A stretch of DNA of 64,000 nucleotides from the human T2T-CHM13v2.0 reference genome, Homo sapiens, in NCBI RefSeq assembly GCF_009914755.1, contig NC_060930.1. One strand, written 5' to 3'. The notes below the pieces were generated by a model. It saw nothing but the letters and a program-made list of their open reading frames with translations. It made no database searches and had not been told where the DNA came from. Within the stretch, counting starts at the first letter, position 1. Each line of letters opens with the position of its first letter. Shown piece after piece: positions 1 through 14,206 of this stretch. A program made the position numbers and the translations under genes.

Positions 1-492
1 TTATCTATCATTGCTCTTATCAAATTTTGTATAATTTTTGATTCATGCATCACTTTCCATTATTAAATCATTAGCTCTTTAAATACTTTGCATGAAATAA
101 GATTTAATAAATGATTGTTGAATTGAATTGACATTTATCTCCCTTGGTTTTAGCCCTTTATTCTAATTCGAATTCACTTTGAATTCAATCCACTTTGAAT
201 TGTGATTTTTTTCCCACTAATTCTTCTACTATTTTATTGTTAATAATGATGGTAATAATGGTAAAAGCACATTTACTTTATGCTGAGTTACATGTTAAAC
301 CTATGGGTATTTAATTATTTATGTGGTATCCTTTTACAAATTTTTAACAACCTAATAAGAGACTCCTTTCTAAATTGCAATCACTTCAGGCCCATAAAAT
401 GGGGATTCACCTCTGAATAAAAATAAAATTAGGCTTTCCTTATTGAAGTAGGAGCAGAGGGCCTAGAGTTCACTGGTTTGGCCTCCCTCAAG

Positions 493-537
493 CCAACCTT
501 GCTGATTCCCAACCTTGTTGATTCCCAACCTTGTTGA
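493..537. repeat. 16-bp tandem repeat, about 2.8 copies
   Basis: ccaaccttgctgattc / ccaaccttgttgattc / ccaaccttgttga. Confidence 0.85.
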
Positions 538-3500
538 AGTCTAACATCAACAGAACTAGATAGTGATATTAGAAATAAAGGTCACCCAGTTAGTGAGTGC
601 AAAAGCCGGGCAGGGACCCAAGTCTATCTGACTGCAAAGCATGTTCTCTAATACCTCCTTGATAAACACATCTTCCATATCTTCTACCTTCTATATCATC
701 CATATCTTATCTTTTCTATATCTTCATCTTAGTCACTACTAAAGATTGTGTGCATCAGAATATCAAAGGCAGAGCTCCTAGAGAGAACTCACCTTCAGGC
801 TGAAGAGTCTTGTGGCATATTTTATCATCTAGCCCAATATCTCTCAAACTGAATCCATCATCAGCATTATTTGAGGTACTTTTTAAAAATACAGATTTCT
901 TGGACATATTGGTACAGATTCTAATTCTGTTCTCCTGTAAGAGCCAGGAATCTATAATTAACAAAACTTCTCAGGAGATGTTAGAAATCCTAACAAGTTT
1001 GGGAATCAATAAGGTTGGCTTGAAGGGGGCCAAATTAGCACATTCTAGGCCTTCTGACCCTACTTCGATAAAGGAAAGCTAATTGTATTTTTATTCAGAG
1101 ATGAATCGCCATTTTGTGGTCTTGAACCTAAAGCGACTGCAATTTAGGAGGGGGCCTCCTTAAGAAAAAGAACACAAAAATATCTATTGAAAATTTCGTT
1201 AAAACTTATAACAGATGATGACACTGATAAGACCTCTCCTACAGCCTAGAAGGGACCTCAACAAATCTTTTATGGTGACTTTCTTGTCTATATCATATAT
1301 TGAAGTTCTACATAAAGTTTTACCCACGACAAAAAAGAAAAAAGTTTCACTGATAAAAACTAAAGTTTGGAAAAATACCAGTTTTGGTAAAATTTCATAT
1401 CTTGCTCAGAGAAATATCAACAAGATAGTCAAGGATATTTTTTAAATACTCCAGAAATACTATCAGCAAACAAGTGAGGTCAGTTTGGTATGTCTTTTTA
1501 TTGGTACATCCATAAGATTTCCGAGTACATCTCATGTTCATAAATTCTCTGTTTAATCAACTATCCTAAATTTTGCTAGGAAAAGACTTAAACTCATGGA
1601 CCTATAAGCCCTCATTTTTCCTTTTCACTAATATAGATTGCTAAATAATTTTAAAAATATATTTTTGAAGGATACTTTGCTTTCTTTGCCCCACCACCAA
1701 CTCTATCGATAATCCAGGACAATATTCATTATCTCTTCAAAATGAGGAGATAATGTCAGAAGCTATCTGTCTACAATCTCCAGTAGCTGGATTAGACATA
1801 ACTGACAGTATTACTTTCTATATGCAGGCGTACAACAGGAAAGAGACATAGAGCATGCAATTTCTTCAACACAAGCCATCGATTACTATAAAAATGTAAA
1901 TAATGTGGTTTCAGACCCTATAACTCAAAACTCAATTTGAGCAGTAACTCCTCTTAAAGGCGATACATTCGTAAATTCAGTAATGAGAAAAAATGAGACT
2001 AGAGCTCTTCCTGACAACCCTGGGTGAAAATGCTGTAGCCAGTTATGAATAGCACTGTAGCCTGGGTACAGTAACCCGGTCTCATTCACAGACTCCTTGC
2101 ACAAACCCCATATATCTTAGCCTCAGTAGCACAGAGGAGATCTTGGTCTGCTTGAAGAAGTAAGACAGTTTTAATAAATCACAGTCTTACAATAATAAAC
2201 ACAGGAAATCTCTGGAAAATTGAACATCCAGTTTTTTTTTTTTTTCTACCCAATACCCTGTCTTGGCTGCCAAAGCTAAAATAGACTGACACCATATTCA
2301 CAAAACTTCTTAAGTCCAGAAGCCTTGAAACTAACTTGGTCTTGTGTATAATTTCCTGTACTTCCTTATTCAGCATTACCTTTGTGTACTAAGGACCTCT
2401 GTACTGCCCTCTATGGGGTGAAATGCCTACACGTCTCAAGAGTGACCAAAATAGGAAGCATATGACCCAAACTCTTCTATTATAAATGCAGGCAAGACAT
2501 TTGAGTCATGATCCACTAATGTCTACAAGTATTCATTTTTTAAATTAATAAAATAGACCCAGGCTACCCAAATGGATCTGTGAGTTATAAACTGAGAGAC
2601 CAATATTCCAGATAAAGAAATAAAAGTCATTTTATTCAATAGCATTTCCTAGTTTCCTAAGATAAACATAATAAATATGCATTAGTTATTATTTGTTCAG
2701 GTTAATGCCTTTTGTGACCACCCTCCTGGTCTTCCCATGTCAAAACAATCATGTTCCCAACATCATTCTGAAGTAGGGCAAGAAGTCTCAAAGCTCCCAG
2801 TATAATTTTCTTTCCACTCAACTGTGCTGCCTCTCATATATCATGTCTTTATGTTTGATAATAACACTGTCAAAGTTGTTATTTCCCATGCATGAAAGCA
2901 GAAGTGATTTTTGAAATACTGTATCTAATTGTAGTTACTGTATACAGACTGTAAACAAAGTTTCCTTCCTATACTTACACTTCTTTCTGTAAGCCAACTT
3001 GCACAGAGTGGAGGGTAGGCCTGGGTTGTTGGAAGGAGACTAACTCACTGGTAATAAGACACTGGAAATAAGTAATAAGACACTGGCTGTGGAAAAAAAG
3101 GGTCTTATTACCACAACAAGCAATGCCATCACTGCAAATTTGTGGTTTGGCCATCATATAGATCCGGAGATCTCCGTTTTGATATAAGACAGAACTTTAA
3201 AAAAACTGGCCAGAGTGCTCGATGACAAACTGCTTAACATACCCTGGTTACTAAGTTCTATTTTATAACTCATTTACAGATATTCACTTGATTTTAAAAC
3301 GCCATTTGTATGAGTTTGATTTTTTTATTATTTTTTTCCAATTATCTATTTTAACTTTACCCTTACCTTATTAGGTATATATTATGGTTATCGATAGCAA
3401 CTACTTATTATTCAACATTTGGGTCCAACAGAGAACTCAATACAGTTTTGAATAGAGACACAATAAAAGCAATAAATGGGTGAGTGAATAAATGGAAACA

Positions 3501-5176
3501 ATCCAAGGCATAGAGAGATGAAACTACTTCGCCAAATCATATCATACATGAGTAAGAGTCAGGTCTCAGATTTTGTATTGCTCTACCAGAAAGCATGGGT
3601 TAAACAGACAGAAAAAGTGATAAAAACCTCAGAAAACCTGAAACCTGGAGGATCTGGTGGGGGGTTGGGGGGGGCGTGGATGACTATATTTGGGCTACTA
3701 GAAATATATTTCTTACTACGTATTATAAGCAGAATTCAATACAAGATGCATCCATCTTGACTGATAATAGTGTTAAATTTATAAATAGATTACACATTAT
3801 AGCAGTATAAGAAGGTCTGAAGTAAGTAGTATTAGTGCTATAAGGTTATTAGCATGAATTTGCTTCAACAGGTTGATATTTCAAAGTTCTTAATTATAAC
3901 CTATAAGTTTTTGCAATGACAAATTTAAATTTGTCCAAGACATTTATAAAATAAATAGCATTCTTCAAAATATATCTTATATATTAACAATGAAAATACC
4001 TAATATCCATAGATGTTATAAAATATTCTACTATTCTAAAAATTATAATTCCAATCAGTGATGAATTGATAGGTCAAATGTTCAAGATAAATAAGCTTGG
4101 ATAAAATTTTTAAAAGCAAAATAAAATCAAATATTTTATGAAATATGTTTTTGATTTACAGGCATACTCTAAATAAAAAACGTATATTCTTTTTCTTTTA
4201 TCAAATGTAAAACAAGTGAAACATTAGCATATATACATTTCACTAATGTGTAGGTTTTGACATGTAAAATCCATTGTCTAATGTGATATTCGGGATACAA
4301 TATTACTTTCGGCATTCATGTTTATCTTTCTAAGTCTCTATGTTTACTAAATAGTACTTCTAGAGAACTTTCCAGCAATTTAATCAGATAATATTAGATC
4401 AATCCGTGTGTACCTAAAAATTAGAAAAATCACTTTATTTTTATTTTTAAAAAATATTCAAATAACATAACTCTTTATGAACATCAGCCAAAACGTATGT
4501 CTTTAAAACGCATTATCCTAATTATTTAAAAATAACTGCTATGATATGTTTCATTTTAAGTGCTCAAGGATACAAGGATAATGTATTCTTGAAAATAAGT
4601 ACTGCTAGAACATACTCAAAACTGGGCTATCCAGACTACGCTTAATATCTTAATGCTTTAATGTTTAAACCAGGTTTTGAGTAATGGATGTGAATCTCCA
4701 AGTGAGCAAGTCGTAACTATGGCACACTGGAAATAAGTATTACTAAATACTTTCATTCCCTCTAGTCTAGTCCCTAGGGCATACTCTGCATTTCCCAAAG
4801 TGGATTTCACTTAAGTGGCTTGGGAGTCATATCAATGAAATGAGTTTGCACTAAAATAATATCAACAATGTTTATCAACAGACTAATCACAGTAATGCAA
4901 AAAAGACCACTAAAGAGTCAGAATCAAGTCTTTCTGAGCCATACTGGACCTCTATTTGGGTTTTAAACAATTACATACAGACCTTTCAAATGTCAATGCA
5001 TGCACACAGTTCTACAAGACCAAATTTTAAGGTACTTTTAGTCAGATACAAAAGTGGAATTTTAATGTGACCAACACGGCTTTGAAAGGTTTTTTTCTCT
5101 TTCTCATGGAAAAACTTATTTACAAAATTGACAAACATGATGAACTCAATACAATTGAATAAAAGATAAGGTAAAG

Positions 5177-5680
5177 CAGTGGTACCCAACCCCCAGTCCA
5201 CAGACCAGTACTGGTCTGTGGCTGGTTAGGAATGGGGCCACACAGCAGAAGGTGAGCAGCAGGAGAGCAAGTGAAGTTTCATCTGTATTTGCAGCCACTC
5301 CCCATCACTCATGTTACCTCCTGAGATCCACCTCCGGTCAGATCAGCAGCTGCATTAGATTTTCATAGGAGTGCATGCAAGGGATCTAGGTTGTTCACTC
5401 CTCATGAGAATCTAATGCCTGATGAACTGTCGCTGTCTTTATCATCCCCATATGGGACTGTCTAGTTGCAGGAAAACAAGCTTAGGGCTCCTACTGATTC
5501 TACATTATAGTGAGTTGTATAATTATTTCATTATATATTATAATGTATTAATAATAGGAAAAAGACATAGTAAACGTAATGCACTTGAATCATCTGGAAA
5601 CTACCTCCCACCTCCCCGTTTGTGGAAAAATTGTCTTCCACAAAACCAGTCCTTTGTGCCAAAAAGGCTGGGGACCTCTG
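5177..5680. mobile_element. MER1A-like hAT-Charlie DNA transposon fossil
   Basis: Terminal inverted repeats cagtggtacccaacc ... ggctggggacctctg; internal sequence resembles MER1; length about 500 bp. Confidence 0.8.
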
Positions 5681-6109
5681 AAGTAGAATATTTTATTTTA
5701 ATATTATGTTTTGGTTATTTTTTTAAATCTAAGAACAAAGAAAACCCAACTTGTTAGTCAAAGTGTAATTGAGCAAATTAATTATCATCCTACTGAAAAG
5801 TAGTACATGCTGAGCATAATAATCTTCGAGTATAATACTTTTTAGCTAGTGGGGGTAAAAAGGACAAAAATGCTTGAATTATATGTTCTGCTTGAAAATA
5901 TGAGCATATTAAACAATAAAATTGCTGACATTATTGCTTTCATTATAAATTTTGCTTTTTCTTAGGATACAGTAGTGGAACTACATCCCAGGTACAGTAG
6001 AAGTTGTTGTTGAATGCTGAGTAATACCAAACGATGTTAGCAACAAATATTTTCCCCCATTTTATTGCATATTAACCTTAAAAAAAGTCCAAAGAGAAAA
6101 AATAATAGT

Positions 6110-6496
<387 letters not shown>

Positions 6497-6793
6497 TTAA
6501 ATATTTATAAATAGGCTTTGGGCAATTGTTTCTCCTATGTGGTAACAGTAACAATGATTTAATTGTACAGTGGAACAGCTTTAAAGTATTGCATTTCAAC
6601 TTAATCCCTACTTAAAAACACAGGAATTGATTAGTAGCCCCCACTCTTAACCAGAGGAATTCAGGAATTTATATCATCACTATTTGTAAAGATATAGTAA
6701 ATAATACCACTATTACATAAGTAACACTTGTATAGGATATAAATCAAATATACTGCCACATTATAGAGTGTCTAGGATAGTATTCAGAATATT

Positions 6794-6912
6794 TATTATT
6801 ATATTATTTTAGTATCCAAAATATGTACTATTATTGTATTATTTTAGTATCCAAAATATGTACTATTATTATATTATTTTAGTATCCAAAATATGTACTA
6901 TTATATTATTTT
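6794..6912. repeat. 35-bp AT-rich minisatellite, about 3.3 copies
   Basis: agtatccaaaatatgtac recurs at 6811, 6846 and 6881. Confidence 0.92.
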
Positions 6913-7175
6913 CATTCAATAAGAGATAAGTTTGCAAATTTAGAGAAACATTTAACACGGCAACTTAAAATAATTCTGGGTGTTTGTGCTAACAAAAGAG
7001 CAACAAAAATCTAATTGCTACTTTTCATTTCTAGAGTACATTGATATTTTGCTCTGAAAAGAGATCCTCCTAGTGTGTATTATTTCAAAAGCAAATAGGT
7101 ATTCATAAATAATTTAACATATAGAACTGAATGATGTGTGTATTCCAGACGTGTCATAGAAGTTACAACAGACTC

Positions 7176-7509
<334 letters not shown>

Positions 7510-7850
7510 TCAGTACAGAGTTAGGACTTTGATGAACAGGTCTGGACATAAAAAACAGCTTCAGAAATACAGGGACATAATTTCATTCTACAGTAAAGAC
7601 AGTGATTTGTGTGGCGGTGTGTGTTCACTGTTTTCAACACCTCTTAATCTCATTTAAAGCAAAAGAAATTAATTTTATAGAGGGAGTGGATAGGAGTGAG
7701 GTAAGTATTGTAGCCATGACAGTACTAAAATAGGTATTCTTTTTAATTTGGGAGTTTTTTGTTTATCTATCAACTGTACTTATTATTTAACTATTAGTAA
7801 GAAAAAGCATATAATTAGGTTAGTTATTAGGCCAGTTTTAAAAACATAAA

Positions 7851-8413
7851 AGTGGCAGATTATAAAAAGACCTCAGTGGTATTTCCCCTCCCACTTGCTC
7901 TTCCAGAATGCTGTGACCCAATATAAAGGTGGTAACTGTCCCCTCCTTTTGAAACTCGGTGGGCTTTGTAACTGACTCAACTAATAGCTTATGAAAAAGT
8001 AATGCTATAAAATTTACAAGGCTTGGTTATAAAAGCCATACCACATTTGCCTACCCCTTAAGACACTCATCTTTGGAACTCTGAGCCATTTATGTTAGAT
8101 TAAAGCTGCTATGCTGTGATAAAGTCCAAACTAGCCCCTGCAGGAGACCACGTGGAGAGTCTTTGAGAACACAGGAAGAGAGAGGTGGACAGCAAGCCTG
8201 CAGCTGCCCAAGCCCCCTGCCCCTGCTGTTGCAGCTCTGACCACTGTCTATCTCATTGTGAGTACCTAAGAAACCTCTAGCTAGAGATGCTGAATTGAGC
8301 CATTACTGAATTCTTGATACACAAATACCATAAGCAAAAACAAATGTTGTTATTGTTTTAAGCCATTAAATTTAAAGATTATTTGGTGTGCGGGTAATCG
8401 AAGAACCAACACA
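7851..8413 (+). mobile_element. Old MaLR solo LTR (MLT1F/G/H-like)
   Basis: MLT1-type 3' end 'gttgttattgttttaagccattaaatttaaagattatttgg'; about 560 bp. Confidence 0.6.
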
Positions 8414-11400
8414 AATTTACTAACGCTCAAGGATATGTAGCAATTACATATATTTGAATATATACATTTGCACAAACACATAAAATATTTCCCACAAGCT
8501 GCATAGTCAGTGAAAACACGTTAGACCGATTGAAGCAATGTGGAGTCTATGGTTCATGCCATTTAAGTACTGGGAAAAAAATGAGGTGGCAAATAGTGTA
8601 TGCTTGTTCTCAATTTTCTTGAAGAGCTAACATATTTTATCTATGTGGATCTAGCTCTCAGAGCACAATTTTACCTACATTTAAATTTCAATGACCATTT
8701 GAGATCATTTACTAAAGAACTAAGTGTCTTCATTCCTTCTCTGAGACCAAATATTGGACAAACAGCAATTATTTGTTATATAAGAAATTCAACGTGTTTA
8801 TATAAGTTGAAAAACAGAACGAGCCTCATATATTTAGAAACAGAAAATGAACCATGACAACTCTTATAAGGAAGCAACACTAGTGTGCATACCTGCTCTA
8901 CGAATTCAGGAGAAAAGACAAGAATATGAAGACTTCACCAATAAATATTCTCAGTGATTTTAATCAGCTGATTCTCTAGGATAACTGATTAATAGATCTA
9001 CTTCTGTCATAAAAATATGTGGAAGACCCACAGTTGCTGAGTAGATCATCAATTAAGTGAGAGTTGGGTCATAATATGGTTTTGATCTCCATGCCGGCAT
9101 CTTAGTGTGCAGAAGAAAATAGTGTTCTATGCACAGAATTGAGTATTTTAAGTCAGGCTCATTTGGACATAATTTGGTTTAAGTCTCCCTCCCTCTTTCA
9201 GCCAACATTCTCCTCTCCTCTACCTGTCTGGGTAAAGGACTCCTATAGCACCAGGGAATAAGAATTGTGATCTTGGTAAATTTCACCAGGAACCTCTTTG
9301 GGAAGGTGACAGAGGCCAACTCATCTGGATAATAATGGATGAGTCTTACTCTGGAAAATTTCCCAAATGGAAAGTTTTTCTGAATGAACTGTACCTTATA
9401 AGCAAGCAATTTGGGGGCTCTCTGCCTCCTTTCTTTCTCACTCTCTCTTTCAGCCCCTTCGTGCACCCTCACATACACCTCGTCAAAATTACCTCCTTCT
9501 TTGACTCTTTTCCATACCTACCTTCCTCAAAAGAAAAGAGCTAGGAGGAGACATCAGGACTGGACTTGGTAGCAGAAGGTATAGCCTCCTGCATCTCATC
9601 AACGTAAATCTGAATTTTAAACTTCAATCCAGTAAATGTGTCTTCAGTGCCAATAAAGAGCTACTTGTATCACACACCAAAAGGAGAGTAGGGGTAATTT
9701 ACTCGTTCCTTCTTGCTAACATTGTGTTTGGTCCATATTTTTAAGTTTTAGAGTGACTTGAAAATAATTATTTGTCTTTTACATACATTTCTTTCTACTT
9801 TTATTAAAAAAATCTATTTTTATTCCCTGGTGTTGGGACTTGTGACCCATCTATTCCAACAGTTAAAAAATAGCTAATGAGGGAGCAAATATTTTTAAAC
9901 TAAGCCTTTGCCTATGGCATACATAAATGTACAATGTTATGTATATTTAATGTATTTTTATTTTTAAATAAGTGATATTCATTTTAATCACTTGTGAATA
10001 AAATATTTACAATCAAATGGCTAAACTAAAGATGAATGTAAAACTCTAGTTCACTTTTTAAAAGATTATTGTATTTACAGTTTAAATAGCTTACTACTAA
10101 CGGCCACATTCCAATGTTGCAATAAACTTTATCTATTTTTATAAACATGTTTTCTTTCTGCTGCTATTGTTCATTCCATCTGAGCGAGGGGCTATCTGGA
10201 CTCATTTCAAATGTTCTTATATTTCATGTCACTCTAAGGAAAGTTGTAAAGAATATGTTGTAAAGAACATGTATTTTTTAATGACAGGTATTTTATCATC
10301 TCCAGCCATTCAGGTTATAGGTGTGGGATCCTGTTTTATATGGCACCCTGCTACTGTGGAACTTTTCTTTTAGCTGTTTGAGTTAGAAAGTCTTTGCCAA
10401 ACAAAACAGTAGGAGGGAAACTGTAAAAAAGCTTTAAAATCCTAAAAAAAGAAATAAGTGATCAAGCAGCAATCTAAACATCAACTAGAGGACTATTCCC
10501 ATGACCTACATTTGAGGAAAAAAATATAAGATGTAGAGAATTAATAGAATACCAATTTAGATCCACACACATTGTCCTTAAAAGTAGAAATTATTTCAAC
10601 CAATATATATATAAGCTGTTGTACTAAAATTATCGTCAAAATCTCAGATGTTAAGTTAGACAAGTCTGACTTCATAAGATTTTTTTTTCCAAAATAAGAG
10701 AGTAATATAAACTTCAAAAGAGAAATTTTAAAATGGTCTGCTCAGACAAGCTCCCTGAAATCTAAAATCAAATTGGAAAAGTAGAATATCCTCAATATTT
10801 GCCTTTGACAAACATTTAATGTGTTATATAGTAAGTGACTGATACAACTTTGGAAGATAAATTTCCTGTCTTGGATTCAGGCACACTGATCTTTTACAAG
10901 TATGTGATTTATTTAAACCACTTAAAAAATTGGAATGTATATAACTAGATGAATATTAAAGTAAAATATATAACATAGCCTTTAGCATTTGAAAGGCAAA
11001 ATATCTTCAATTATTCAACTTGAGCTCAACTCAATATTGTAACTATACACATACTTTAATCTTCAGAATAAAGGCTAGTTATCAGAAAAGGCAGTGAACT
11101 TGTGTAGAGCCCAAGATCCATCCATCAGTATGTCTACTAATCAGGCATTCCCTTAAATAACAGTACTGAGCACTGGTCAGGAGTCAGGTGCTTTGGACTG
11201 TGGGCATTCACACTCAGGGACCATTCACGTGCCTTATAATCTCCAACACTCTGATACTGCAGGCATCACTGCTGGGATTTCCAAGGTTCAGAGAGGTTAA
11301 GTCACTTACTCAAGTTCAAGGCAGAATGTGAACAGGGACACAATTTCGGAAGCACTTCCTCTCACCACAGCTGTCCTCAAAAGCTATGTGGGGGAATTCA

Positions 11401-12875
11401 GGCACTTATTCGATAATACTTTGAGCCTTGGAAGAGTTCATTAAATTTGAATAGTTTAAGCCCTAAACTCAACTTGGGAACAAACCTAGAATAAATCGTA
11501 TCATTTTATAGTCCTATCCCATGTATCTACTTAATGTAAGGTCAGGAGGCATTTTCCAATTACTTCTCACAAAGGGACTGCCTTTTTTTTTCCTTTTGTC
11601 CATCTTTTCTCTTAACTAGCTATGCAAGAAGTGTAGCCTTCTAAAAATTATTTCTGCCTTATCCTTCTAAATGTCACTGAGTATGTCCTAAATCAGTTTT
11701 TAAAAATCTATCATCAATTTCCACTCTTGCATAATACTAGAAGGTGGCCATGAACATTACTATAGGAAAGACTATTTTGTAGGCAGCTTTATAAAACCAC
11801 TGAGGAAACAAAAAAGAATTTCAAAGAGGGCTAGCAACAGTTTGTACCTGAAATATAACTTTAGTTGGTCAATATTCATCAAATAATATTAGCGAAATCT
11901 ATTATCTTTCCTAACACTAATTCTAAAGTTATATCAGCCTATTCAGTTTCTCTCCAGCAATAATCAAATATGTGAAATTAGCAAAGACTGTATTAAAGAC
12001 AGAAGTAAATTTATGAAGATATAAAGATAATAAAAATGTCTAGAACTCTCTTAAAATTAATGGTGGCTAGTGAAATAATAGCTAGCATTTTACAAATTGA
12101 CAATTTCAAGGAAATATACCTAGCCTAATCAAACTAGTAGTGTTTTCCTAAAAAATAGTTTTGTGACCTTCATTATACAGGACCAAATACATGAACAAAG
12201 TGAGAGTCAATTGCCGATGCCAGAGAATTGAAAGTAATATGGTATTGTTCTCTCAGACTGATTGATTTATTTTTTTTATTTTACATTGAGCACCTACTTA
12301 CTATGTACTGAGAAATGGGTGTACAGTGATAAGTAGAAGATAAACGATACATGATCACTACTTTTAAAATACTTATGGTATAGGTAGTGGCTAATCAAAA
12401 CAAAATATATACACATACACACACACACACACACATTATAAACAGCAATGACAATGGGATAGAGAAAATTAGTTTCTTTTGAGGATAAATAAAAGTCACC
12501 CTCTGTGAAAGGTGACATATTACTACTACTCTTAATCCTATTTTGGCTTCTGTTACTTCAAATGTAATACAATTAAAAAGCCTTTAATGTTTTAAGCCTT
12601 TCTATCTAATTGAGTTCTAACTGCAGAGAAACGCAGAAATACAGATACACATAAGCAAGTACAGGTAAAGTGCTATATGGACAAAGAGGCAGGACATGTA
12701 AATAGAGGACACGAAACAGTTAATTTAGCAGTAGCTTCCACAAAGTAATACAGTTAACACTAAGAAGGAAAAAACGTGGCCAGGTATAGACAGTCTTGAA
12801 TACCAAACCAAAGTTTCCAGGCTTTGTCAATGGGAGGAAGGGAACCATTAAAGAACTTAGAATGTGACTTTTTGA

Positions 12876-13438
12876 CCTAAAGACAGAAATGCCATTTGAC
12901 CCATCAATCCCATTACTGGGTATATAACCAAAGGAATATAAATAATTCTATCATAAAGACACATGCATGTGAATGTTCATTGCAGCACTATTCACAACAG
13001 TAAAGACGTGTAATCAACCTAAATGCCCATAAATGATAGTCTGGATAAAGATAATGTACTCCTGTATACCATGGAATACTATACAGCCATAAAAAGAATG
13101 AGGTCATGTCCTTTGCAAGGATACGGATGAAGCTGGAGGCCATTATCGAACATATTATCTAGCACATTAACTAACATAGGAATAGAAAACCAAATACTGC
13201 ATGTTCTCATACATAAGTGGGAGCTAAATGATGAGGACACACGGACACATAGAGAGGAACAACACACACTGGAGCGTATGGAAGAGTTGAGGGGGGGAGG
13301 AGGAGAGAATAAGGAAAAATAACTAAAGGATACTAGGCTTAAGACCTAAGTGATTAAATAATCTGTACAACAAAATCCCGTGACAGATGTTTACCTAAGT
13401 AACAAACCTGCACTTGTACCCCTAAAGTGAAAGAAAGA

Positions 13439-13504
<66 letters not shown>

Positions 13505-13627
13505 AAAGGAGGATGAGGAGGAGGAGAAGGAAGGAAGGAAGGAAGGAAGGAAGGAAGGAAGGGAGGGAGGGAGGGAGGGAGGGAGGGAGGGAGGGAAGGA
13601 AGCAAAGGAGGGAAGGGAAGGAAGGAA
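12876..13627 (+). mobile_element. 5'-truncated older L1P 3' end with a purine-microsatellite tail
   Basis: L1 ORF2 C-terminus and 3'UTR (ccatggaatactatacagccataaaaaagaatgag...). Degenerate TSD aatgtgactttttga / aatatgactttgtga. Confidence 0.88.
13431..13627. repeat. Compound polypurine microsatellite (GAAA)n-(GGAA)n-(GGGA)n
   Basis: About 195 bp of almost pure A/G, read directly. Confidence 0.97.
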
Positions 13628-13836
13628 AATATGACTTTGTGAAAGCTGATAATTCTGGAAGATTATTTTACAAGGAAAGTATGACGAATGGAGAAACAGT
13701 GCTTATAAATACCATTTAAGGGACTACTGTAATGATTATTTAATGAGGACCTGGATCACTAATGTATCAATGGGACTGAAAAGAAGACACAGGTGTAGGC
13801 CATACTGAAGAAGAAGACATTTCATACATCAGTAAC

Positions 13837-14206
13837 TGTTATGGACTGAATGTTTGCACCTCCTCAAAATTAATATGTTGAAATCCTAACCTGTAATGTG
13901 ATAATATTAAAAAGAAGGATCTTTGGGAGATAACTAGGTGATGGGGGTGGAGCTCTCATGAATGGCATTAGTAACATGATAAGGAGAGACATGAGTGTGC
14001 TCCCTGTCTCTGCTCTCCACCATATGAGGATAGAATGAGAAGGTGACCATCTGCAAATAAGGAAGTGGGTGTTCACCAGACACTGGATCTGCCAGCACCT
14101 AAATGTTGGACTTCCCAGCCTCCATAACTGTGAGAAATAGTTCTCCTGCTGTTTAAGTCACCCAGTCTATGCTATTCTGTTATAGTATCCCTAACTGACT
14201 ACGACA
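13837..14206 (+). mobile_element. MLT1A-like MaLR solo LTR
   Basis: TG...CA termini, 370 bp, perfect 5-bp TSD gtaac (13832-13836, 14207-14211). Confidence 0.9.
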
